The notes under the pieces are model-generated. The model was not told the DNA's origin, did no database searches, and saw only the letters and a list, made by a program, of their open reading frames with translations. The translations under genes and the position numbers were made by a program. A stretch of 63,640 nt of DNA, filler included, from Intoshia linei (taxonomy: Eukaryota > Animalia > Orthonectida): NCBI GenBank assembly GCA_001642005.1. It is 5 parts of 5 records of this genome, joined end to end, with 100 filler letters (N's around TTAATTAATTAA, not from the genome) between each part and the next. Parts side by side here need not be neighbours in the genome. Positions count along the whole stretch, not along the records: positions 7,584 to 35,622 come from LWCA01000419.1; 4 more parts are not named here. One strand, written 5' to 3'. Positions 23,001-35,722 of the stretch are shown here, in pieces. Position 1 is the first letter of the stretch; every line of letters begins with the position of its first letter.

Positions 23001-26000
23001 ATTAAAAAAACAACTCATACGTTCATCAGAATTTTCTGAAATGGAGAGTCAACTATACGCATGGGTTAACTTGAAAAGAAAGAATAGGCGACATGTAATT
23101 ACCATTGACATCCAAGCGAAATCCATTAGTATATCTACAATTTTATATGGAGATAATGGATTTAAAGCAAGTTATGGCTGGACCAATCGCTTTAAGGATA
23201 GGCACAGTATTCGTAACCTTAAAATAACTGGAGAAAAATTATGGGCCGATGAAAATGCTGCAAAAGTATGTTTCCATGTTTAATGACATTACTAGAAACC
23301 TCTGTGACGGTCACATATTCAACGCCGACGAATGTGGCTTGATTTTGGGAGGCAAGTCCTGACAGAAAACTTGTTAATAAATACGAAAAAACAGCACCCG
23401 ATGAAAAATTAAAAAAGGAAAGATATACGTTTTTCCCAGGGTGTAACATATTTGGAAATTTGAAATTAAGGCTGGTTGTGATAGGAAAGTCAATAGATAT
23501 GAATAATTCATGTATTTTTTAGATTGTTTGAAAATTAACAAAAAATAAAATTTGAATTCTCCAATCAAACATGCGACTGCACTGATGAAATTTTTCCAAA
23601 AAGAAGATATTCATCATAATGATGGGTATATTATCTCTAAATTAAGAAATTCTTTAATAAAATCAAAATATAAATTTAAATTTTAATACTTTTTAACAAA
23701 TATATGTATACAGATATGTGTAATACAAAATATTATACATTACAATTTAAAATGAAACATGTAAATAAAATATTATGTTCAATTTGAATCGTATAGAATA
23801 TATAATTAAAATTATTCAATAAAGGTGTCTATATCTTGGCACTTTATCTCGTTCTCGTCAAAATCATATCGACAAAAAAAATACACTATAATCGTTATAC
23901 TGAAAACTTCTAATTGGACACAAAAAAATGTAGCTGATGTAAACGGTGTATCTCAGTCAATAGTATCAAGGTTAAAAAAATCTTTGGAAGGATATCATCA
24001 TATTTCTAATTCAAAAAGGAATAATTGTGGGAGACAAAAATCCACTAATGAAAGAACCGATAGAATAATAGTGTAAACTACTCTGAAAAATACAAATTCA
24101 AGTTGCACTGAAATTGTTGGAAACCTCAAAATTATAAACATAGAAATATCAAGACTAACAATAAATCATCGTCTTTTGGCGGCCAGATATACATAACTAT
24201 AAATCATATACAAAAGTGACAAAGCCCCTTTTAACTAAAAGAATGATAAAAGCGAGGTTAGCATAGGCCAAACGTTATGAAAATTGGAGTGAAGAACAAT
24301 GAAACCAGGTTATTCATTAAAATTAAAAAATAATATTAAATATCAATCAATTAATTAATATTATCGAACCTAAATTATTATTTTTTAGGTGATATTTTCT
24401 GACGAATCAATGATTCGTGTCATGGATGATCGTTTCTATTAGTGTACGCAGAAGGTCACACGAGGTGTCGAGAGCAGATTGTATCAAAAAAAACTGTTAA
24501 ATTTCCTCAAAAAGTACTAAATCCCATACAAAATGACTAATGATTAAATTAACCAACAATTTTTGGATTTTAAAATTTTACAATTTTAGAATCTGCTTTT
24601 TGGAATATGGCGTTTATTAAAAATAAATTTAAAATTAAAATGTCTAAACAACATTTGGAGGTTATGTTACGATTAGGAACATCAAAAACTTTACCGAGAT
24701 TTCAATTATTAGCGACAAAAAAAGCCAATTACGCAAAGCACGAGTACGTGAGATGGATCCTCAAAGAGTTAACAGAGTAAATAATTAAATATGAGTACAA
24801 AAAATTTGAACAATCATAAAACTACAAAGAAATATAATAAATAGTTGAACCTGAAACGAACAGTTGAAATTATTAAAGTAAAACAGTGTTAAACGAAACA
24901 GTATATTCAGTCAATATTCCCCGTAATAATAAAATAGTAACTGTAAAATGTTTATCATCGAAACGAAATTTAAAACTCCTATATAATATTGATTAAAAAT
25001 AAAATATTCACAAATCTATTTTTTAAAAGTTACCTGTTCAGCAATATAATAAGTATGACTGTCGGTTTCAGGGTGATTCCAAAAGCATCTAAACGTTTCT
25101 CCAATGATAGGATTGAATGGTTTTTTGAGTGGTTTGGTTTTTTTGTATAAACAAGACAAGTACCATTTAAGAATATACTTGATTCTTTCAAATGGATCAT
25201 GTTGTAAACTTGCTTGATGTAAAATATTGCAATGATAATAATATTCACTTAGTTTATCAAGAAAAGATCGAGATTCAAAAAAATTGGCTGGCAGTGATAT
25301 TTTGGATAAATCGCTACCTGGCTTAAGCTGTTTCAACATGGACCAAATAACACTCGACTGAATTTCATCTTCCGGGTCTTCTTCATATTCTGTATCACAA
25401 TCAATATTGTCTACAATGTAATCGCTGTCATGAATAGAACACTCTGAAATATTAGTAGATTCAGCTATGGATGGTGTGGTAGTGGTAAGTTCTGTAGTAT
25501 CTGATACAGATTCAGTAACTTTACTAACATCGTCAAAATGTTTTTCATCTTCAACTAAATTACGAGGTATATGTTCGGCAGTGTATTCTGTAGATTCCTT
25601 GCTGATACTAGTGTTTGTTTCATTAAAATTTAATGTCAAAGTATCCTCAGGTAACAAACTAGAGTTGGAATCTCTTAAAATTTTGGAAGATAAATGGGAA
25701 GTGACAATTTTTGAGCAAATTTCTAAAGCTTCCAGCCAACAATTCCCTTCAAAATCATTTGGTGAACGGAAAATTAAATGATTGTACGGTAAAGGCTTGG
25801 TGAAAGCACCTATTGATTCTCCATTGGGTCCACGAGTAGCCCAAATAGAACTATTAATGGGACTATTCAGTTTAAAACAAAACCCGTCCTTTTTAGAAGG
25901 TCTTTCAATAACTTCACAAGTATTTAATAAAATAGTTCCGATCCATTTTCGATTCTAAATACAGATAATGGTTACACATTAACCTTTCACTATCTGTGTA

Positions 26001-26587
26001 TTCTATATTTTACTGAGCAATTTAATTTCACCCGTCTGTATATTCTGATATACACGGCATAGTTTTGAAAAACTTTATTCTTTAATATTATAAATTTTCA
26101 CATTGGTGATTTAAAATAACACAAGTTTAAATTAAAACATAAATTCCAGACGTGTGGTGAATCACCACATGATATTACATAAAATTTCACTGAACAGTGA
26201 AAGGTTAATAATGAAAATTTTTACCGTGTCAGACTTGTATAAAATTAGAAATCCAGGCATAATGATACACCAATATTTAGACCAACCATGTAACTTTGAT
26301 CTTACTTTGAGCCAGTCAGATTTTACAATTATATCAGCTCCTCGTAATAGACCTGCAATTTCTTTGGCCGCTAATTTTTTTCGTATTCGATACTTCTTTT
26401 TTTTATTCTACAAAATATAAATTAACATTTTAACAAATACATCAACCCTCAATTCTTCAGTGAAATCAAACACCGAAGCTTTAGAGTCGGTTATAGAAGC
26501 ATTAAATAAATTCTTCTTTGGTTTTCCATTAAAACTAGTACACAGATCGGAACTATTTTTACTTCGATTGATAGAACTTGTATCCAT
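17040..26587 (-). CDS. OSBPL8: Oxysterol-binding protein-related protein 5/8 (PH domain, OSBP domain, C-terminal TM anchor); start codon uncertain
   Basis: PH domain (DWLKVRSKLHGWSKYWC, IERPSKKDGFCFKL) and ORD domain (LKQLKPGSDLSKISLP, KKPFNPIIGETF, AEQ|VSHHPPISAFY). Hydrophobic tail IFCIMLFQIIISILLQYVLN*. Contains a 6.2 kb intron at 18870-25033. Confidence 0.93.
19096..19670 (+). pseudogene. hAT (GTF2IRD2/SPIN-like) transposase C-terminal fragment
   Basis: FEDRF...FQMELLEI...YPSLCELAR...FGSTYLYESGF, then frameshifted KNQYRSRL. Confidence 0.85.
19670..20080 (+). pseudogene. Second, different hAT (Buster/ZBED8/SCAND3-like) transposase C-terminal fragment
   Basis: PDWIMSPF...EEFIDMQFD...YPKM...FPTSYMVESKF...RGDLRLKLT, with internal stops. 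Confidence 0.85.
20210..20538 (+). pseudogene. Tc1/mariner transposase C-terminal fragment with probable right terminus
   Basis: PLDFFLWGYLKSKVYVNKPTTIEQLKDKI...GKHL, followed by ...GAAACACCCTTTA. Confidence 0.85.
20592..21074 (+). pseudogene. hAT (GTF2IRD2-like) transposase N-terminal fragment
   Basis: KKRKY...FNLEWENDYFLV...CLIC...HY; KASYMIA...FSDAKMVKE...IPLSRR. Confidence 0.85.
21760..22160 (+). pseudogene. LTR retrotransposon pol fragment (region downstream of the protease active site)
   Basis: ILKGVNGNVLNC*SKIIL...EIYITD...IGCKTL...IIDNFSEVIS resembles the gypsy protease C-half and linker. Confidence 0.5.
22170..22625 (+). pseudogene. pogo/Tigger DDE transposase fragment
   Basis: PRCFKGKTLPVDY...RKILLFVDNCP...FFPKNITSKA*PLDAGII. 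Confidence 0.85.
22738..23480 (+). mobile_element. pogo/Tigger element 5' part (TA|CAGTG terminus, HTH-psq and CENP-B HTH, start of DDE), with a 47-nt intron
   Basis: KTQI|EISKLYNVSSSCISKIV; MESQLYAWV...FKASYGWTNRFKDRHSI...ITGE; IFNADECGL. Confidence 0.85.
23860..24520 (+). pseudogene. Tc1-family transposase 5' fragment with an 80-nt intron
   Basis: WTQKNVADVNGVSQSIVSR...CGRQKSTNERTDR; KPLLTKRMIKARLA*AK...NWSEEQ*NQ|VIFSDES. Confidence 0.85.
25983..26204. mobile_element. piggyBac-derived MITE in an OSBPL8 intron (related element at approx. 11558-11776)
   Basis: TTAA|CCTTTCACT...AGTGAAAGG|TTAA terminal inverted repeats with TTAA target site. Confidence 0.8.
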
Positions 26588-27802
26588 ACTTAGGCTGTGT
26601 GATCTTTCATGAATATTATCATTTAAAATATCTCGTTTAGTATCTAGTTTTTTTACACGAAAAGTACATTTAATGATAGATTTAACTTGAATAAATCAAT
26701 TTTATTGACCCAAAATACAATAAAAAATATGCATAACTACTGATGAGTATTTTATAATTAATTAAACTCCAATATATTATAAATATCACTCAAATCAACG
26801 TAATTAGCAAAAAATACATATATTTGTATTTAATGGATTCATAAAAATTTTAATAGAAAGTTACCATCAACAGTTTTTTCAATTTTATCTTTACTGTCAA
26901 ATATATTCAAATTTTTTCTCTTATTCAGTAGCTAGGATGTACAGATGAAATGCAAATACAAATATTTACAATGTAATCACGTTACACAATGTTAGTAGTA
27001 AATAGTTGTTACCTGAATATCAGATTTTGAATGATTAATGTTCGATTGAAAAACCATCAAGTTTTATTATTTTTAATTTCATCTAGTTTTCATTAAATCA
27101 CATGTATTACTATGATACTCATCAATTTAATCTGTTTCAATTAATTTTGTTGTTCAGAGTTAAAGTCTCCAAAAATGTACTTTGTAAACAAAATATTTTA
27201 ATTACAAGTAAACTTTATTCATTTAGATTTTGTAAATTTGTAATTTATATTGATTTTACAGTTTACTTTTAACTATATTATTTTGTTATTTTTACACGGT
27301 ACAATGTGAAATGTTTACAAAGTCTGGGCCGCTCACATCTACATCGTTTGATAAACTTGATATGGGCAAGGATAAATCCAACATACTTATTATGTAGAAC
27401 AGTGAGGACTATATGCCCCCTTGGGGACATATATCATGTAATTGGGGTATGAAATTTCATTATTGAAATAGATTAACATGTATATTGTGGATTCAATTCA
27501 AAATTAAATAATCGATACAAAACTCATTTTAATGTGGGCGCGGCGTTAAAAATTTTTTAATATATATAACTATCGTAAAATGCAAAATTTAATGTATGCT
27601 ATGTGATCTCAGCAATCAATAAATGGATAAAAGAATTTTAGAGTTAGTTTCTAGTTGCAATTAAAACTACAGTAAACCTGTCTACAATGGACCGTAATAT
27701 TGAGTTGTTACAAGAAGTTTCATTGTAGAAAAGTTAACAATTTCGTTGTTATGGTACAAATGTTGCCAAAAACAATATTTATTATCATATCCATATAGAT
27801 AA

Positions 27803-30318
27803 CAGACCGTCCATATGTTTTGAGCAATTAGTAAAATCGTCGCAATCTGTATAAATTTTCAATTTTTTAAGTGGCTAACGCACTTAATAACAGAAATTCC
27901 ATTCCTTAAAAAATGGTTTTAGTTGCGACGATACATTAAATTTAATAAAAACTGATTTATTCATAAATAACAATGTTTACTTTTTCAAATATTTTGAGCA
28001 CTTTCATTACTTTCAAAAACGTATTTTTTGCAATATAGGTAATTAATATTATTCTTATTTGAAATTTCAACTAGATACGTCAAATAAATATTCAGAAGCG
28101 CGAATTAGTTGTCACATATTTTAATAGAGGGTATACTTAAGTAAAAATTGCTAGAGAGCTCTCCGTATCCAGACGCGCAGTTCAAGAAATAATTAAAAAG
28201 CACCAAAAAGATCTACCTCTAATTAATCGACCTAAAAAAGGTAGACTAAGAAAAATGTTAGTCAGGGAGGATCGTTTATTAGAAATTAAAGCAAAATCAA
28301 ACTTTTTATTGACTGCTAATGAGCTGGGAAAATCGATAGCATCGAGTTCAAAATTTAGTCCCGCTACTGTTAAACGTTCTCTAAGACGTATCGGTTTATT
28401 TGAACGCATTGCAGTGAAAAAGCCTTATCGGACAACCTTGCACAAGAGAAAAAGATTGAAGTGGTGCAAAAACCGTCGAGACTCGTCAGAGCATGATTGG
28501 AATTTTTTCGTTTATAGCGATTAAACCAAGATAAATCTAAAGTCTAGAACCAGGAGGTGTATAAGACGGCGAAAAAATACTAGATATAGATTGTCACATG
28601 TCTACGCCATTGTCAAATTCTCTCCAAGTATTATGGTCTGAGTGCGATTATACAGAACGGAAAGAGATTGCTTGTTCGATGCTTTAATCGCGTTAATTCG
28701 CATGAATATTATAATATTCTGAAACAGTATATGTGCGAAATGCATGAGACAAGATGGTGCTTAGTCTCATACATCAAGATTTACGAGTCAATGGATACAA
28801 AGTCAGCATCTAAATATGCTACCAAATTGGCCGCCACAGAGTCCAGATTTGAATATAATCGAAAATCTTTAGAGTGAATTGAAGAAAAGGGTGCGTCAAC
28901 AATCTCCTCAAAAGTTGTGGGTGTTGGAGTCACTATGGAGAATAACAAAGGAAGAATTCTATAAAATACCTAACGATTATATCCAAAAATCTTTATGAGT
29001 CTATTCCGAGAAGATTAGATGACGTATTTTCAGTAAATGGCGGAAATACCAAGTACTGACATTATTAAAAATTTTAAAATTTAATTTATTTAATTATGTC
29101 GTTTAATCATAAAATTAATCACGGGTGCTCAAAACATATGAACGACTAAAATTATTATAATAATAATTTATTAAATGCAAGAAGCTTATAGCTTATGTCA
29201 TCATTGTAGTTTATAATTATACATTAGTTTTTGAAGTGTTTGTTGAGTAATTTTTTGAAAATTGGTGCGTGGGACGCGGTGACAATTGAAGTGGGCAGCC
29301 TATTCCAGTAATTTACAATCCTATTGAAGAATTGATTTCGATTGATGCCTGTGTTGCACCTGTTTTTGAAAATTTTCCTGGTGTTGGATCTTGTTTTTGT
29401 TTGAATAGTTTTAATTTTGTTACGGTTGATAAATTTGTAAGTCAGGCGGAGATCCAGCATATCCCTACGGCTTTTAAGGCTTGGTAGAGGTGAATGTAAG
29501 GGTGATAGACGACGTAGGAAGAACCGTTGAGCTGATTCCAGTTTATTTATATTGATTATTGATGTAGGATTCCATAATTGGGTGGCATATTCCAGCTTAG
29601 GCAACACAAAAGTTGTATAAATTCTTTAAATACAGAGGATCTCGCAGTGAAAACGTTTTTGTGAGTCTATTTATTTCCCGTTTGACGTTCATTTTTATTT
29701 TATGTATGTGTTTATTGAATTTAGCATCATTGGTGAATATGACCCCTAGATCCCTGACACTTTCCTTGTTTTGTAGAATGGTTCCATTAATAGAAAGATG
29801 GGGTTGAAATGTGTTCTTATTATGAGATACATACATATAACAACATTTCTGTTCATTCAGGGGAAGTTTCCACGACACGCTCCAATTGTAAATTGAGGTG
29901 ATGTCTTCCTGCAAAAGTTGGTTATTTGTTTCGTTGTTGACAGGTAAGTATATTTTTAAATCGTCGGCATATTGTTTAAATTTTGAGTGTTTAATGTGTC
30001 GCGGTAAGTCATTGATAAACAGGTTAAATAGGATGCCTGACAGTATACCTCCTTGTGGAACTCCACTTAAAACAGAGGTTGTTAGTGATAAAGTGTTTTG
30101 TATAGACACACACTGTGACCTATCTATATATATTATATATTACAATTTAATATTATCATCATTCTTATATCTAATAATTATCTAACAGCCTTCAAATTTA
30201 ATTACTAATTTCCGATCATATTTACATTCCTTCAAATATAAAATAAATTACACAAAAACACTTATTAATAAAATAATTAACGATTTTATAAGGTGCTCAA
30301 AACATATGGACGGGTCTG
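27803..30318 (+). mobile_element. Tc1 element (IR-DR type) with decayed transposase at approx. 28090-29058
   Basis: Outer TIRs CAGACCGTCCATATGTTTTGAGCA and TGCTCAAAACATATGGACGGGTCTG|TA, with inner repeats near 27985 and 29125. Motifs GRLRK, AVKKP, VYSD, WPPQSPDLNIIEN and NGGNTKY*. Confidence 0.92.
29150..30122 (-). mobile_element. 5'-truncated non-LTR retrotransposon (CR1/L2/Jockey-group RT 3' part) nested in the Tc1 right end
   Basis: SGVPQGGILSGILFNLFINDL, YADDLKIY, VRDLGV, PKLEYATQLWNP, FFNRIVNYWNRLP, and an AT-rich tail near 29150-29175. Confidence 0.92.
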
Positions 30319-31353
30319 TATTATTATTCACTGTAGTAAGTTGAAAATTCCGCTATATAAAACGGGTCCACGGCTAAAGTAATATATTATTCCAGGAATT
30401 AATGTAATACTATTATGGAAAAAACACTACTAAATCCAATAATACCACCCTTTAAGGGTAAAATACTTTTTTTCCAATATTTTTTTAACAAATCTAAAGA
30501 AATAAACCACTTAATCTAAGCACAAAAAAAAATATAATCAAGGTAAAAGCGAATTTGTAGAAATTTTAAATACTTTTAAATCAGTTCACTAAAGTGAATA
30601 TAAATACAATATAATAAATCTGGTGAAAATTTCTTGTTAACATTACAGTAACTTATTTAAATTTTAATATTGACTATGAAAACGCGACAATATTTTTCCA
30701 AATATCGGTAATTTGGTTTTGTATCTTCTCCTACCAACAAAAATTTGTCCATGTGTCTTTTATACGATAAAATACTAACCAACGCCAATATCTTAGAAAT
30801 CGAGAAAAAAATTTCCTAATTAAAAATATGATTAATATTTTCATTAAATTTAATAATTAAAGTACGTAAAGTGATGAAAACAATATTTAGATGTAATATT
30901 TTAGGGGCTCCATGATATATGATTGTTCAATTTTGGTAGTCACAACGTTTATTACTTTGAGAAGCACTGTCTTAAAACAAAAAAAGGTGGTTAAAATCAC
31001 CGCTCTGGTCGTTCTCGCTATATTGTTTGCTCGGTAGTTATAGGGTTGATAACACTGTACCACATTTTTCGAAAATTTTCAAAATAACAACAAAATTTAT
31101 TTATCGTAAAGATTGCAATGTCAGGATTCGAACGATATATCTTATTATGTATGATCTGCTCGTAATTATTATATATTATTTAATTAAAAAGTATATATAA
31201 TATATAGAATACAATTATGTCCCATCTAAACTTACATTCAATTTTTTACACATGAAAAATAATGAAAAAATCGAAAAAAAAAAATTTTTCAGTGTATTGT
31301 AAATATTTATTATTTTATATACTGGAGATATTTTTAAATTCAGGTGTATTCTT

Positions 31354-33914
31354 TCATTCTCTTAAAATTTGATTGTCTCTGGCAAGCTGCCATAAAGTAC
31401 AGAACGGACAACAGTGAGCATTGCACCAATCACCGCAAATTGAGCCCTAAAACAAAATATAAACACTATATACTTATATATATAATATACTAGCTTGGCA
31501 GTTTTGTACTACGTACACTAAAAATTCACTCTCGAAAAACTTTATTAGAAATTGGTGTTTTCAAAACTATACACCTATTACTTTCTTAAATACAGAGTTA
31601 CAAACAGACAAACATACATTTTTAGCTAAAATATTTTGTATACAATATATACAAATACTATACATGTAGGTAAAGATTGTAATACATAATTCTATTATTA
31701 TTTTCAAACTCTACCCATTTCTCTAAAATAAAATGTAATTTTTTATATTTTTCTGTAAATTGATGGTAAAAATTGTATACGATCAAAATTGAAAAATATA
31801 ATAAATAATGGCGTGCATTTATCGTGTCAGTATTTTTCAGTATTGTAGATGGTTTGTCAGTAATTTAAATGCCAATTGTTAAGGTGTCAGTATAAATAAT
31901 TGATTGTCAGTATTTAAATTAGAAGGGCAGTAAAAAAAATTATTTTGTCAGTACAGGCACCTATAATACTGACAAACCATCTACAATACTTTAAAATAAT
32001 GACAAATCAATAAAAAAAATACTGACACAATTAATTAACATATTAATTGACATAATTTGTTCTCATAAAAAAATATTTTTTGGTGTGAACACCATAGAAT
32101 ATTTCTAATTTTTTTGTAATTTGGTTTGTAGGTATGTTATCTTAATATTCCAGTTTTAACTTAAGTCTGTAGTAAATGATATTATTATATAAAGTATTTC
32201 ATAATATTAACCTAATTAACCTCACAAGGATAATAATAAAGACAAGAAATATAAAAAAGATTAAAGGGATTGACATAATTACATTCAATTTTCAAAAACA
32301 CGATTTTTAATTTTTATACTGACACTCCAAAATCATAAAATTTACAATTCAATTTTTTTACTGACAAAATATTATTTTATAAAATGTGTTTATTTCTATA
32401 TACTTTTTTGTTGAGTTACTTACAATTTTCGATGAATACTGATCTAGTTAATATATTTACCGACAAAAAATGTAAATATGTACTGACAAGATAGCAATTA
32501 AAAACTGACAAATATGTAATTGAATACTGACAAATTAATTAATCCCCATAAATAATACCTTGATTCGATATTTCGTGCGATGTTTAAGTCTCAACATTGC
32601 TAGAAATGTCAAATAGTCAACCACACAGCATCCAGTACATGCAGATTCTTCTTCAACAGTTGATATGTATAATAAATAACAGTAAAAACAACACCAAACG
32701 CAAAAACCTAATTTTCATTACAATTTATTGATTGTATTTTATATTTTAAAGTATTATCTATAATTCACTAGTACTAAATAGTATCCAGTGATACTGTAGG
32801 CCCTAAGTTCGTGCTAAATTTATTTTATTGTTTGTGAATTGTTTTAACTCTAATAAGTACAAATTATAATTCAAATTACATTTTTTTAAATCGTCCAGAC
32901 ATCCGCAAAATGAAGCATACCAACTCCTTTCACCTTTCGACATATGATCCGAAATCTGATTTATGATTGTGACGGGACGTTCATCTGATTTCTAATTGTA
33001 CAATATACAATTAGTAAATTAGTAAATCTCAAAATTTATTTGTCCACTCTTAGTAGCATGTCTATTTTATAGGGTATATTTGTTAAGCAAGTGTCATATT
33101 TAACTTCATTAACATTTTTCTATGAATTGGGATAAAAAACTGGAATGACAAAATTGATTTTAAAATACTTGACGCAAGTGTTAACAAAATGGCACTAATT
33201 CACTTTAAATTAAAATATAATGTGAAATCACTTCTCCATGGTTAAAAAATTTAGGAACCACTCCTTTAAACTTTAAAGGGTTGATAATAGTAAATAGTAG
33301 CATTTTTAAGTAATATTTTATTAAATTTATTTTATTGGTGGAATCAAAAAATGTCACCTTCAGCAGAGCTAGCTGCTGATTATACAAAGTACATAACAGT
33401 CAAGCTTTTCAAATTAAATTTTCACATTACTTTGGAATAAGCTAACAAATTTTCACTTATGGCATTTGTTAACGGCGGTTGAAGAAGCGGCAATCCATTA
33501 TGAGAAATTTGATATGTTTTTGGATAATTTTCCCTAATTGGGTTCATTGATGCTGGAATTGTTACAATATCATAACTTTTTCGAGGTACATTTTCATTGG
33601 TATCATTTACCTGAAATTTAATATTATCAAAACTGATTCAATACAATTACACTACAATATGTTAATTTATAAAGTTTATGCAAAGTCTCGTCAAAAATTA
33701 AAAAAAATTGAACAGAATCGTATTTAAAAAGTACAAACCAATAAAAATTATAACTGCATCTAAATAACCTTATACGCCGGTGGATTTCCTGCAATTCCCT
33801 TACAATTTAATAATTCAGGTTGTTTTGTAACAATATTTTTGTTCTTAGATTTTTTCTTTTTATCCTAAATATTTTGAGTTTAACATTGTAAATTATAACC
33901 TTATAATATTCCAT
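31354..33914 (-). CDS. PLAC8 / cornifelin-family cysteine-rich protein (about 8 exons)
   Basis: Spliced: MEYYK|DKKK...|...RSWYASFCGCLDDLKK|CFCVWCCFYCY...LRLKHRTKYRIK|GSICGDWCNAHCCPFCTLWQLARD...*. This is the canonical PLAC8 motif layout and is not visible in the ORF track. Confidence 0.88.
31820..32540. repeat. Foldback-like element built from TGTCAGTA/TACTGACA octamer repeats in a PLAC8 intron
   Basis: A cluster of TGTCAGTA at 31825-31955 is followed by TACTGACA copies at 31965-32535. Inverted block AGTATTGTAGATGGTTTGTCAGTA / TACTGACAAACCATCTACAATACT. Confidence 0.7.
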
Positions 33915-34299
33915 TCTGTAAACTGGTTTTATTTGATTTAATTTCAAGTTTTTACATTTTTAATTGTCTCTATTTTCCAATTTTGCCTTATTATTTTGAT
34001 TCAAAATTAATTAATTTTAGTCACCATTTAACCCTAAATGAAAGTGTACATTGATGAACCCTCAATTAAACGCAAAAATTTAATATATATTAATAATATT
34101 GATGACATAATCGATAATCATTAAAGTGCATTTATCAATATATTCAAATTTTTACACTTATAAGTCTTATCTACTTTTAAATTGTACTGAAAATTATATA
34201 ATAAATATTGACGACTTGAATACGGGGATATATTACTACATTGTTTATTCATATTAATAATCGAATAATTTTAACTTGTGAAATAGCTTGATTTGTAAC

Positions 34300-35622
34300 T
34301 GTAGTGTTTATAAATTTAATCACAAGTTTAAAATAATCTTGAGTGTATGTTCTAGTGCGATAACGATAATAGAGTATTAAATAAAAATATGTTGTTATTG
34401 CACTACACCTCCCCATTTAAGTCGACGATGTAGTCTTGAAATTTTGAGACTCGAGACTTGTATCTAGGTTGTTCTTTAGAAATTTTTGGTTCATTAGATA
34501 TAAAATTTTCAGCATGATAGGATACTGATTTTTGAACTTTTTTATCGTAATTGTTTTCATTCTCAATAAATAATTGTTTTCTATACGCCAGAGTGTCTTT
34601 CCAATAACTTTTCGAACAGTAATTTGGAATGGATGAGCTTCTTTGTAACCCGAATAAAACCTCTAATGGCGAGATTCTCTATTTTTCGTGAGGTAATAGA
34701 CGAACGGATAAGATATATTGTTTAAATATTCGTCCCAATTTGACCAATCATTCTTGCAATATATGTTCAACTTTTCTCGAAAATATCAATTAAATCGTTC
34801 TACCGCCCCATTTTGTTGATGTCGATATTTTATTTCAAATCGCTTACATAATTCTTTAAATAAATTAGATTCGAATTGTTTACCAAGATCCGTATGAATT
34901 TCTAACGGAGGTCCGTATCTAGTTATAATGTGTGAATATACAACATCAACTATAATATCTGCAGAAATATTAAAAACAGGACAACTTTCAACCCATTCAC
35001 AATATTTACTACATATTTAAAACCATTATTCGATTCAGTGAAAAAACCACATATATCAAAGCCATAAGTCATATGCCAAAGAAAATAAAATTTATTTGTT
35101 TTAACAGGTTTTAATTCTTTATAAAAATTATGATTACGAGACTTGTTAATGTTACACATATGTTACAATTTTGTATGTAGCTAACAATTGTGCGTGTTTG
35201 TTGTGGCCAAAAATAGAGTTGATTAAGTATTCGTCTGGTTTTTGAAATTCCAGAATGACAATAACTGTAATTTGTGTGATAATAATCCAGAATTTTTGGA
35301 ATTAATTTTGGTGGAACTACTGGAACCAAAATATCACCTTTTTTAAAATATAGTATGGCATCCTTTATTATTAAATTCTTTTTAAAACGATAATATATAT
35401 TATCTTTCGTGATTTCATTAATACTACATAAAGCTTTCTGACAGTCATTATTATTGGATTGATATGTCTGTACATCAAATGAAACTGGTACAAATTTGAT
35501 AAAATTAACGGAATAAAACTGGGGACGTGACAGTATATCTGTAGTATAATTAAATTTTCCTTCTCTACATATTATTTCAAAATTGTAATTTTCAAGTTGT
35601 TGAATCCATTTGAATTGCCTTT
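34300..35622 (-). mobile_element. Ty3/gypsy 3' end: RNase H end, integrase, PPT (34408-34418) and 3' LTR (34300-34407)
   Basis: WIQQLENYNF...DILSRP; H...HSGISKT...YFWP...CNIC; GFDICG; YGPPLEIHTDLGKQFES; QQNGAVERFN. The minus strand reads AAATGGGGAGG|TGTAGTG...CACTACA. Confidence 0.9.
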
Positions 35623-35722
35623 NNNNNNNNNNNNNNNNNNNNNNNNNNNNNNNNNNNNNNNNNNNNTTAATTAATTAANNNNNNNNNNNNNNNNNNNNNN
35701 NNNNNNNNNNNNNNNNNNNNNN

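Noticed and set aside
24640-24780. Short 46-codon + strand ORF at the end of the OSBPL8 intron array
   Set aside because: Too short and without a motif to assign; it may be another fragment but cannot be supported.
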